Below, one piece after another: positions 49,410-60,000 of a DNA stretch of 60,000 bases. The position numbers were made by a program, and so were the translations under genes. The notes under the pieces are model-generated. The model saw only the letters and a list, made by a program, of their open reading frames with translations, was not told the origin of the DNA and made no database searches. Origin of the DNA: Malacoraja senta (taxonomy: Eukaryota); the NCBI GenBank assembly GCA_038087875.1, contig CM075998.1, positions 4,280,001 to 4,340,000 on the forward strand, in the 5' to 3' direction. Numbering within the stretch: the stretch's first letter is position 1; each line of letters starts with the position of its first letter.

Positions 49410-52113
49410 GTAAGATCTCTCTATTCACGATTTACATGTATAGACTGAGTTAAGCACCAAATGTCGGAGACTGAATGTTAACAGTAGAATTCGAGTAACA
49501 TCCTACCCCATCATGCTAAAGAACGGTTTCTTAATCCAGATCAGGCATGGAGGGAATGACTTGCTATCTCTATAGTCCCCAGTACTCATTGCACAGCCTG
49601 AATCTATAGAAGTGAATGCACATGCTCATTTTTATCCTACCTGAACTCCCTTATTTGGATGTGTGCGGATGAATTTTAATAATTGTTGAATGACAGATTT
49701 ATAATAATTGCTATTTGGTGTGAATGATGAGCAGTAGGTTTACTATGCAATGCTGGGGGGAAAATATTTTAATGAGAATAAGTGAAATGTTAGCTGACAG
49801 AATGACACTGGCCCCTGGCGAACTGCAGTGCCAAAGACAGGCTAGAATATTGTCAACATTCGGTTCATCTGGAGGAGAATCCAAAAGCAGCCACATGAAT
49901 CAGTACAATTTAACGACACTCATTAAATCTTGTCATTCCTTTTCAAACAGCTTTTTGAGCTAACGAACATTCTTGCACGGTACAATTCCAACAGAAAAAT
50001 CCAACACTTACTTGAGAACTGTCCTTGACAATGGATCAAGTAAAGTCCCTCTCGCAAGCCCAGGTCCCAAATATTGACAGGTCCCCATCTGAGGAAAGCC
50101 ACTCGCCTTTGTCAGGTTATATTTATTGATCCCAATCACTGAGCTATTGATCCTTCACACACTACAGCTATTGGTCCTAGTCCAAGAAAGGTCACACACC
50201 TTTCCCAAAATACAGTCTTTAATGCAACTCTAACTACTAATATTGATCCTGCCCCTATTAAATCATTGACCTTGGAAGGAATAAAATCAGTGATCCTGTC
50301 TTAAATAATGTGAATGATCTTTCTCTGCCACTGTCATTGGCGCTGCCTTGACATGGTTAAATGACATGGCTACTTCTGCTCATCGACTTTGCACAAGCTC
50401 ACAGAGATATCTCATTCCTCCACAAAATGTCCCTGTAACTTACCCTCCCCTCCCCACATTCCCACCAGTTTTCCCCCAGATTTCACCACTCACCTACACA
50501 CGAGAGAAAAACGTACAGTGGCAACTGACCTCCCAATCTGTGTGACGTTGGTGGTAAATGGAGCAACCCAAAGGAAACTCACAAGGAGGGTGAGCAAATT
50601 CCACACACACAGCATCAGAGGTCAGGATTGAACCCAGGTCCCTGGACCTGGCCGAAGCTCGACCAGCTGTGCCACCTTGTGCCATTTAGCGATAATGCAA
50701 TGTGAAATCTCCCTAACACTGCCTTAACACAGATACTGACTCTATCCTGCATACAGTCATCGACCTTACACTGAATGTAGCAGTTGGTACCACACTGACC
50801 AAATTCAATTGGTCTCCAATTCTGACAGTCATTGAAGCAAAACCAAAAAAAAATCCATATGCTGGAATATGGGGAAAAAATATATAAATGCTGGAAGAAC
50901 ACAGCCAGCCAAGCAACCTCTGTGGAAAGAGAAACCATTCCACGCTTCGGGTCAGCGACTCATCCTGACCCGAAACGTTAACTGGTTTCTCTCTTCACAG
51001 ATGCTGCTTGACCGACTGCATTTTCGCAGCATTTCCGTTTTCTTGTGACAGTCACGGATCTTGCCCTGACTGCATTCATGAACTAGTCCTGAATCCTTCC
51101 CTCACTGCTGTCAATGACCTCAGCTTGCCTTCAGTGTCTTATCCCACCCTGACTGTCATCAGTTACCTTGACCTGTATACAGTTGTTGACACTGCCCATG
51201 GCAATATACCTGAGCTGCTCGTGAGTGCCACCATCCGCTGTCCCGAGCAACCTCGGTTTCTTATTATGACTTCAGCTACTGATTGTGTCGCGAGTTAAGT
51301 GAATGACCCTGTCACGTTCCTAGTCAATAACCATTCCCTATTGCTGTGTGTTTTGCTTTCCCTGAGTGCATTCACTCTTTTCAATCCCATTGTTCCAGTA
51401 CTGTTTTTAACTCTACTCAGCTGCAGTATTGATCCTTTCTCTACTACAAGCTCACCACTGCCCTCATTAATACCAGTACCCCCACTCTGAGCGCTGTTAC
51501 TAGTCCTGGACTTAGCCCTGTCATGGGGTGACACCTTGAGTAGAATTACCTGATTCCAATCTCTGTTCTATCTCCAATTACATAAACTAAAACTAGGTGC
51601 AGTTACTGACAGCACTCTCAATGTATTCTCAAAGGGATGGTGCATTACCCATTTCATCAAACCGTTGAAGAAAGCTTCAATAACCCTGCTCTTCCCGATT
51701 TCTCGTCCTTAAAATATCTGCCATTGGTATACCAGTTAATGTATAATTCGTGCTAAAACTTCACATGCATCTGGAAACGGATTAAAATGGAAAGCAGCAC
51801 AATATATGGACATTCAGACGTTGCAGTTAAAAAAACACCTATATACAATTAAATGAGCTCTGCCACAAACAAAATAGTGGAAATACTCAGCAGGTCAAGA
51901 AATAACTATGGAGAAAGGAACTACATTAACATTCAATGTTGAAGCGACAACTCATTTTCTCTCTCCAAAAATGCTGTGTCACATGCTGGGTATTTCCAGA
52001 ATTTTGTTTTAATTTCAGATTTTCAGCATCTTTAGATTTGGGGGGTTGAAAATAAGAATATTGCAATCCTCGTCTTAATCCTTCATGACCTTTTTTTTTC
52101 AAATTATTTTCAG

Positions 52114-52146
52114 GGACAGAAAGGTGAACCAGGAGACATTAAAGAT
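52114..52146 (+). CDS. col2a1: col2a1 exon 4 (33 bp)
   Basis: GQKGEPGDIKD, AG/GT flanks. Confidence 0.95.
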
Positions 52147-52375
52147 GTAAGGATGCATCCTTTGAAATATAATTTTAAAAATTCTGGTACTTTCTCTGCT
52201 TTACAGTAAACGACATCATTTTACTGCAGTATCTGTTGTATTAACTCATTGTGAAAACAAATAATTATACATGGGCTTAGTTTAATTATTTGCTGCAATA
52301 TTTACCAAATCAAGAGAGCAAATCATTGATTTGCATGAAGGTGCTGAGGATATGGCCCAATATCTGTGAATAATT

Positions 52376-52586
52376 CGAAGGTAGACACAAAACGATGGAG
52401 TAACTCAGCGGGACAGGCAGCATCTCTGGAGAGAAGGGATGGGTGACGTTTCGGGTCGAGACCCTTCTTCAGACCCGAAAAGTCACCCGTTCCTTCTCTC
52501 CAGAGATGCTGCCTGTCCCGCTGAGTAACTCCAGCATCTTGTGTCTACCTTTGATTTAAACCAGCATCTGCAGTTCTTTCCTACAC
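52376..52586. mobile_element. Palindromic Penelope-derived short element in intron 4
   Basis: Two inverted copies of the Penelope terminal repeat flanked by a 14-bp duplication ATCTGTGAATAATT. Confidence 0.85.
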
Positions 52587-52754
52587 ATCTGTGAATAATT
52601 ATCAGTTTGATTTAAATCATTTGTAATAACAGTTAGATATTTTAAACAATTCATTTTTTTCAATATTTATTTGCAATATTCATAATATTGGTAAATTATT
52701 ACTTCAGCCAGGTTGAGGATTTCAAATCTTTACATTGCTTTGTATATTTCCCAG

Positions 52755-52787
52755 GTTGTAGGACCAAGTGGACCTCCAGGCCCACAA
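52755..52787 (+). CDS. col2a1: col2a1 exon 5 (33 bp)
   Basis: VVGPSGPPGPQ, cag/gtgagt flanks. Confidence 0.95.
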
Positions 52788-52897
52788 GTGAGTATCTCAC
52801 AATAAAAGTTCCTACTCCTTTCAAATTTTATGCCAACTGTTGGAACCTTCGGAAGCATGTTGAATCTCTTCATAATTCTTCTTTACTTCTTCCTTAG

Positions 52898-52951
52898 GGA
52901 CCATCTGGAGAACAGGGAGTAAGGGGGTTACGTGGAGAAAAGGGTGAATTG
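52898..52951 (+). CDS. col2a1: col2a1 exon 6 (54 bp)
   Basis: GPSGEQGVRGLRGEKGEL, tag/gtgagt flanks. Confidence 0.95.
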
Positions 52952-53166
52952 GTGAGTGAACTTTGTAACGCGATCCATAAAATATATTGACTTTGTGCGG
53001 TCCAGAGTAGGAATCAGGACAAGGAAGTCTCCAGCATTCCCATCAGTAAGAAGTGGATGTTAAAGCAGTTCTCCAATCGATTGCACATTCTGATGTGTTT
53101 TCTGCATTATCGTGAGTGATTTTAATTTTCCTTTCTAACCTGTTGGTATTTTCTGTTTGATTGTAG

Positions 53167-53268
53167 GGTGTGGCTGGTCCTCGTGGTAGAGATGGAGAAC
53201 CTGGAACTCCTGGTAACCCTGGACCACCTGGCCTACCTGGAACATCTGGCAGATCTGACTTTGGCGGA
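53167..53268 (+). CDS. col2a1: col2a1 exon 7 (102 bp)
   Basis: [34 protein letters not shown], tag/gtaagt flanks. Confidence 0.95.
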
Positions 53269-54860
53269 GTAAGTACAATTCAAATCGATAGGAGGTCAAG
53301 CTGTTCTGCACTGTTCAACCCAGCCTCTCTGCTCCTCTAGTCCGAATTGTATCGCAGTTGGGTTTTAGCATTAGATTCATTCTCCCCCTTTTACTTTTTA
53401 ACATTTGTATTTTAATTAGAAAACAATTTAAGATAAAATGGACACTCATTCATTGGGTCCATTTTGGGGCTTTAAGAGTCCCTGTCATCCAGTTACATAC
53501 AATCTTCAGTAAGATCAAAGCTGCCTCAGCGTTCCATGAATGTATTTAAAAGAGGAGATGGGGGGAAAAGGCCAGGTTTTCCATCAAAACCGTCCCACTC
53601 TTAAATGGTGGGACCTCTGCACACTAAGCCTGCATTTCATAACCCTTTATCAATTTATTTATCTCTAGGAGGAATCAAATTCAGGTTATTCCGCACATGT
53701 ACACTTTTCCAAATGGATTCACCTGATAATGACCAGGAGCTGGGCTTCTAACAAAATGTTTCCCCTTACCTAACCCAAGGATAATGAAGGTCAATTGGAG
53801 CACACTCACCAGTTAAGATCACCTAACTCAGCACAGTCGGGGATTGGAACTGGTGATGTTCATTTTGAACTTATCAAAGGCAGTTAGTTACCCCTAAGAA
53901 TATCTCAAACCAAGGACAAATTCTAAACCATATATTTGAATCTGTCTGGTGAACGCCTCTTTGATCCAGTCTGGATCATCCATTTTCTTTCAGTTACTTG
54001 TCGGGCCATTTTATTTCAAACTTAAGATTGTAATAATAGAAACACTAGGAATATTTCCCAATAAATGGAACCGTTTATTCATCTTAGGCCCAATTTTTTT
54101 CGGTTGTACCCGTTTTCTTCAACAAATTAATTTCTCAAAAATGACGTTTGGATGACTGGGATATTTTTGGTATTGGCTCTGACTGCTCAGTTTTCGAAGC
54201 CGACACAGTTAATTACAAAGACTTACAAGGACCTTCCACCCTTGAAATTAATAGTATTATTTATAGAAATATGAATTAGATGAGCCTGTAACAGCTTTGT
54301 AAAGTGAAAATAGAGATAGAAGCTAGAGTTATATGAACCGATTTTCTTCTTCCATTAATGATCTTACAAAGTAACTTATTTATATTTGACTATCGAAGCG
54401 GCCATCTTAAACGTGATAAATGTTAAAGAAAGAATTCAAAAGACAGACTTCTTAGAAACATCTCAAAATACTTAGTGTACGATGAATGACCTTAAGTCCA
54501 GTGCTTTGTAAAATGTAGGCAGAAACATCAGCTGGTTTTGCGCACAGTAAAACCCAACTAATGAGTCAAAGACAATGAGACTAATTGGCTTAGATGGTAT
54601 AGCTTGAAGAAAAAAACTTTGCTGGGACATTAGCTAAGCTTGCATGAAATGTGAATTATAAGAACACAGGAAATCAAAAAAAAAATTTGAATTTAGTGGC
54701 AAGATCTATTATTGTGAGGGACTGTGCTACAATTTTTCTCTGATGTATGACACAAATGTAGAAAGTGACATCAAGAATATTGAAGCTCATAAATGAGACT
54801 GTAAATGGACGTGACTTTAGCAGGAGTAAAATAAGAGATGGTGATCTCATATGTTACTTA

Positions 54861-55186
54861 TGGGCCTGTCCCACTTACGTGACCTTTATGGGCGACTGCC
54901 GGCACCCGACATAGTCGCAGCAGGTCGCCGAAATTTTCCAACATGTTGAAAATCCAGCGGCGACCAGAACAAGGTACGACTCTTTGGGCGACTACTCGCG
55001 ACCATCCAGGCTTCGCCAGGGTGTCGACTGTTTGGTCGTGAGTCGTCTCCTCAGTCGCCCAAAGAGTCGCAGCATCTTTCTGCTCGCCGCTGGATTTTCA
55101 ACATGTTGAAAATTTTCGGAGACCTGCAACGACCTATGACGGGTGCCGGCAGTCGCCGAAAAAGTCGCGTAAGTGCGACAGGCCCA
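54861..55186. mobile_element. PIF/Harbinger-type MITE in intron 7
   Basis: TIRs TGGGCCTGTCCCACTTACG / CGTAAGTGCGACAGGCCCA, TTA duplication. Confidence 0.8.
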
Positions 55187-55611
55187 TTACTGTAACAGGA
55201 TTACTGCTTTATTCTAATTAAAACAAACCCCTTCTTCTGTTCTGCCCCCACAAAGTGCTTCATCTTCAGTTTCCTAATCGCTGTTTTGTGTAGTGAGAGT
55301 ACCAGTTTCCACCAAGTCAAGAACTGTTTTGCACACAAGGCTCACAAACAAAGAATTCGATTGGAACTACCACAAGTATATATCACATCAGGCCCAACAC
55401 AGAGTGCAGATTTTTGTAGCCAGATCTTTCCAAAGAATATAATGCAAATCCATTAGATTAGCTGTTTTCCCCCCAAACAATGGGTTGAGACATTGTGACG
55501 TTGTCGTGATATTATGCACGTGGACCTCAGATTCCGTTCACTAGGATGTTCCTGCAAAAGGTGATGGAGTGAAACCACATCGCTAATTCAAGCTCTTTTT
55601 TACTTCAACAG

Positions 55612-55689
55612 AGCTTTGCTTCTCAGATGGCTCGAGGGTTTGATGAGAAAGCAGGAGGTGCTCAGATGGGTGTCATGCAAGGACCAATG
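55612..55689 (+). CDS. col2a1: col2a1 exon 8 (78 bp; N-proteinase site, N-telopeptide, first helix triplet)
   Basis: [26 protein letters not shown] is diagnostic of the alpha-1(II) N-telopeptide; the gene continues beyond the window. Confidence 0.96.
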
Positions 55690-58043
55690 GTAAGAAAGGC
55701 GTTTATTTCCCATTTCCTATCATTATTCTAGGAGTATCAATGTTGTATTCAGCTGACACCGCTAGTCTCTATTGATTGTAATTATATAAATAAGCTGTAA
55801 TCAAACTTTTACAAATGCCATATATTTGCATCTTGATATCTGAATCCATTTACATAATGAGGTTATGTATGCAATGTTAAAGATCAAAAGTGATTGGAGT
55901 AGAATTAGGCCATTCGGCCCATCAAGTCTACTCCTCCATTCAATCATGGCTCTATCTCTCCCTTCTAACTCAATTCTCCTGCCTTCTCCCCATAACCTCT
56001 AGTTAAATTAAACTAGTATCTATTCACAGTCCTCCGTGTGTATCTCTCAATTACTATCCATCATATCTCACCATTCATACACAGTCCCATATCTTCCCAT
56101 ATTCAATTACCATTTATATTTGTGTCACCATATATAAAATATAATTGACTGTTCCCACGAATACCCATCCACTACTTTCTCTGACGTCCCATTCTGAGAA
56201 GAGTGCATTTACTTTTAATTCATCTCTTTTATTTCATTACCTGACCATATATGATTTCCTTTTACTTTTTCAGGCAGCAGCAAACTAACAGTTTTCCTTG
56301 TAGTTACCTCAGGCTTGCTAATTGAAGGACCCTTTGTACCTGGGCTAGTTTTTGGACTGTTGTCTTGCATCGCAGAATCTCTCATTTTCATGTCCACTGC
56401 TACTTTCTGCTACATATAAGGTTTAGGAGTTTCTGCTCAATTGCACTGACAAATTTCAAACATAGCTCACCCAAAATCAGCCAGACCTGTGCAAAATATT
56501 GAAAAATATTCAAGTACAAATTCAAAATAAGTGGGAGATAATCTTGACAAGATTGCTCTGACTGGATGGGCCAAATGGCATCCAGCAAGTTGAAATTAGT
56601 TTAGTTTGGAGATACAGCGTGGAAATGGGCCCTTTGGCCCACCGAGTCCAAGCCAACCAGCGATCCCGTACACTATTCTACTGCACACTAGGGACAATTT
56701 ACAATGTAACCAAAGTCAATTAACCTGCAAACCTGTACGTCTTTGGAACTTTGTGAAGTTTTTTGCTAGATTTAAAAAATATTGCAGTAAATGCCAACAC
56801 TGCCAAAAATAACTTGCTGTGTCCCTGACTGTATTAATTACCTTTGCGAGCTGCAGCTAATTGTAACAATCTGCAGGCCTTGAACGGGGGTCTTAAAATT
56901 AATTTATACTTTAGGTGCATTTAATAATTTTTTTTAAATTTCAATAAGATGCTAACTAATGTACACACATGTGTACTGGTAAATAATTCAGCATTGCCTC
57001 CGCAGTCAGTTTCAAATATTGAGAACCAGTTTGCACAGAGTTTAGAAAAAACTTGAGGATACTTCCTGATTGTACTGACTAATGGCAGATTTTGCATTCG
57101 GCAATATGGAAATATATTTTGGTGTAAACCAGAGGGGGAAATAATTCCCAATTGCATAATGGCACAGAAATAAGAGGCCACTTATTCAACTTAAAGTTCC
57201 ACTAAAATTCAAAGCTATTAAGTGCATCTTTTGGAATTAGTACCTTTTGGTCTAATTTATATTCTGAACATGTTGCATTTAAGTTCCATCTTGTGCCAGC
57301 CTTCGAGACAGTATAAAATTCACAAGCATTCCGATTTTCCATTGAGGTTGAATCCTCCAAATTCCTCCAGTCTGCCTATTGAAAGCAATCCAAAATATAT
57401 TGAATGCAAATCAGGACACTATTTATCTTTGCATATTGCATTAATCCAAATATGAATTAACTGTTTGTCATTTCCAGCATTATCTAGATATTCCTGTTAT
57501 GATCCATTACTTTCTCATTGGCTGCAAGACTATTATTTGTTTTCCCAATTTGTAAAATACTTTGAGGATAGGATGGGGATCCAAGTTAGTGTTACAGTAT
57601 TGCCCCGTGATAATCAGGGGCTGGGAATGGCAGGAATATTCCACTGGGATCAGGGGGAAAAGATAAGCAACGTTATGGGATAGAAATCAACAAAGACCCA
57701 CTGTGATAGGAATCGGCAATATCCCACTGGGATAATTGGATAAGGATCTATGGCATTCCACTGCACCCAGGAATAGGGATATCCCACTTTGGAATTAGCA
57801 ATGTCCCATTGGGATCATGGAATAGAAACCAATGTTCCACTGCGATCATGAGATAGGGGTCAGATGTTTTCACCTGGGATCATAGGATAGAGATCAATGG
57901 TGTCTGACTGGAACTATGAAATAGGGATCACCAATGGGTTGGGATTCATTAATGTCTTACTGAGATCATGGAACATGGAACAGCAATACCCCACTGGATA
58001 ATATGATAGGGCAAAGTGCTACTCCACAGGGATCTAAGGATAA

Positions 58044-58640
58044 GGATATAGAAGTTGAGAGGTCATGTTGCAGTTGTATAAGACGTTGGTGAGACTGCAT
58101 TTAGAATATTGTGTTCAGTTCTGGGCACCATGTTATAGGAAAGATATTGTCAAGCTTGAAAGGGTTCAGGAAAGATTTACGAGGATGTTGCCAGGACTAG
58201 AGGGTGTGAGCTATAGGGAGAGGTTGAGTAGGCTGGGTCTCTATTCCATGGAGTGCCGGAGGATGATGGGGGATCTTGTAGAGGTGTATAAAATCATGAG
58301 CAGAATAGATCGGGGAGATTCACAGAGTCTCTTGCCCAGAGTAGGGGAATCGAGGACATAGGTTCAAGGTGAAGGAGGAAAGATTTAATAGGAATTGGAG
58401 GGGACATTTTTTCACACAAAGGGTGGTGGGTGTATGGAACAAGCTGCCAGAGGAGGTAGTTGAAGCTGGGACTATTCCATCATTTAAGAGACAGTTAGGC
58501 AGGTACATGGATAGGACAGGTTTGGAGGGATATGGACCAAACGCAGGCAGGTGGGACAAGTGTAGCTGGGACATTGTTGGCCGGTGTGGGCGAGTTGGGC
58601 CGAAGGGCCAGTTTCCACACTGTATCACTCTATGACTCTA
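58044..58640 (+). mobile_element. CR1 LINE 3' fragment in intron 8
   Basis: ORFs 58065-58361 and 58369-58635, 'LYKTLVRLHLEYCVQFWAP', 'FFTQRVVGVWNKLP'. Confidence 0.9.
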
Positions 58641-59196
58641 TCAGTAAAGTCGTACTGGGGCCATGGGAGAGGGACCACTGAGATAACAGGATGGGAAATA
58701 ACAATGTCCCACTGGAATAGTGGGATAGGAATCAGCAATGGCCCACTGAGATTGTGTGTAGGAAGGAACTGCAGATGCTGGTTTACACCAAAGACAGACA
58801 CAAAGTGCTGGAGTAACTCAGCGGGACAGGCGCCATCTCTGGAGAGAAGGAATGGGTGACATTTTGGGTCAGTCTGAAGAAGGGTCTCAACCTGAAACGT
58901 CACCTATTCCTTCTCTCCAGAGATGATGCCTGTCCCGCTGAGTTACCCGAGCATTTTGTGTCTGTCCCACTGAGATTATTTATCCCCATTCACTGATGTC
59001 CCTCTGCTGCTTACGTACAATGGGATCAGGAAAGCCACACTGGGAAATATGGAAACGGGTCTAGAAATGAGCCACTGTGACCTTGGAATAGGGATCCGTA
59101 ATATCCCACTGTGATCATGGGATTGGTATATTATTGCCCCATCAGAATCACGGGACTATGGTTCACCAATGTCCTGCTAAAATCATGGGATCAGGA

Positions 59197-59800
59197 AGGT
59201 ATCCCTGAATTATACGTGTATCAGAAGAACTTATTCAATTACGGGCTAATAATGGGAAAAAGGCTCATACTTAAATTCTGGAAAAATGCGCCCACACCAA
59301 CAATAAAAATGTGGACATCAAATATGTTGGAAACATTACATCTGGAAGAGATGAGATTCCTCTTAGCAGGGAAAGCAGACCAATTCCAAAAGACGTGGTC
59401 TACGTTTTTGGACCTATTACAAGCATGAGGTGCAATAGTAATTTAAAAAATAAATAAATAAAGAATGGTATCAGGACCTGGTAATGGGAGGTAAAACAAT
59501 AAAAACAGACTTGGTCGGTGGTTCCCTTTCTGCGATTGTTCCTACTTTCTTTTTCTTTCTTTTCTAGGATCTACTTTCTTACTTTACTTCCTTCTCTAAC
59601 TTCTTTTCTAAGGGGCTTTCTTTTCACAACACTCTCTTGCACCTCACGACTCTTGCGCACTTTCTTTACTTTCCTTACTTCTATCTTTCTCTTAAAGCTC
59701 AAAAAAATGAAGCGGTATAAAAAATGTATTAAGATATAAGTGTTGTGTATTACTGTAATTTACCGTACTTCTAATAAAAATAATTAAAAAAAAAAAAAAA
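59197..59800 (+). mobile_element. L1/Tx1-like LINE 3' end with poly(A)
   Basis: 'GKRLILKFWKNAPTPTIKMW...FQKTWSTFL*', pyrimidine-rich 3'UTR, AATAAA and A15 tail. Confidence 0.65.
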
Positions 59801-60000
59801 TCATAGGATCAAGTTGAAATGATGTCCAACTGGTGTCGTAGAATAAGGGTGAGCATGCTCTACTGGGTGTGTATGAAGGAACTGCAGATATCAGTTATAT
59901 CTCACTGCCTTCATGAGATTAAGATCAGCATTGACCCACAAGGATCATGGGTTTGGGTTCAGCAATGTCCCGATGGGATTGTGAATTGAATTGAATTGAA

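Larger units (their letters stand above)
57560..59980 (+). repeat. Degenerate ~30-35-bp minisatellite in intron 8, interrupted by insertions
   Basis: Recurrent AATGTCCCACTGGGATCATGGAATAGGGATC-like units at 57560-58045, 58640-58750, 58965-59195 and 59800-59980. Confidence 0.7.

Noticed and set aside
44696..55689. Assignment as col1a1 or col3a1 because of the 5' stem-loop and MF.FVD start
   Set aside because: Exon sizes 17/33/33/54/102/78, GQKGEPGDIKD and the telopeptide [22 protein letters not shown] identify alpha-1(II)

Overview
Vertebrate genomic DNA; the repeat families and protein sequence suggest a cartilaginous fish, most likely a skate or ray. It has two parts. (1) 1-42.3 kb is almost entirely mobile-element debris: CR1/HER1-like, Rex1, L2 and L1/Tx1-like LINE pieces, HE1/V-SINE-like SINEs, Penelope-like elements with short derivatives and tandem arrays, PIF/Harbinger-type and hAT-type MITEs, and a 200-N assembly gap. 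I recognise no host gene there. (2) 44.4-60 kb holds the 5' end of the type II collagen gene col2a1 on the + strand: promoter and exons 1-8 (signal peptide, vWFC exon 2, 17/33/33/54/102/78-bp exons up to the first GPM triplet), all with GT-AG junctions and matching phases. The best signals are non-coding. A type I/III-collagen-like (LARP6-type) 5' stem-loop encloses the col2a1 start codon. There is a conserved uORF and an apparent homologue of the mammalian intron-1 SOX9 enhancer. A perfect hairpin hides the exon-2 donor, and the Penelope-derived repeats carry minimal hammerhead-ribozyme cores. Cross-species comparisons come from recalled sequences and need alignment to confirm; repeat boundaries are approximate.
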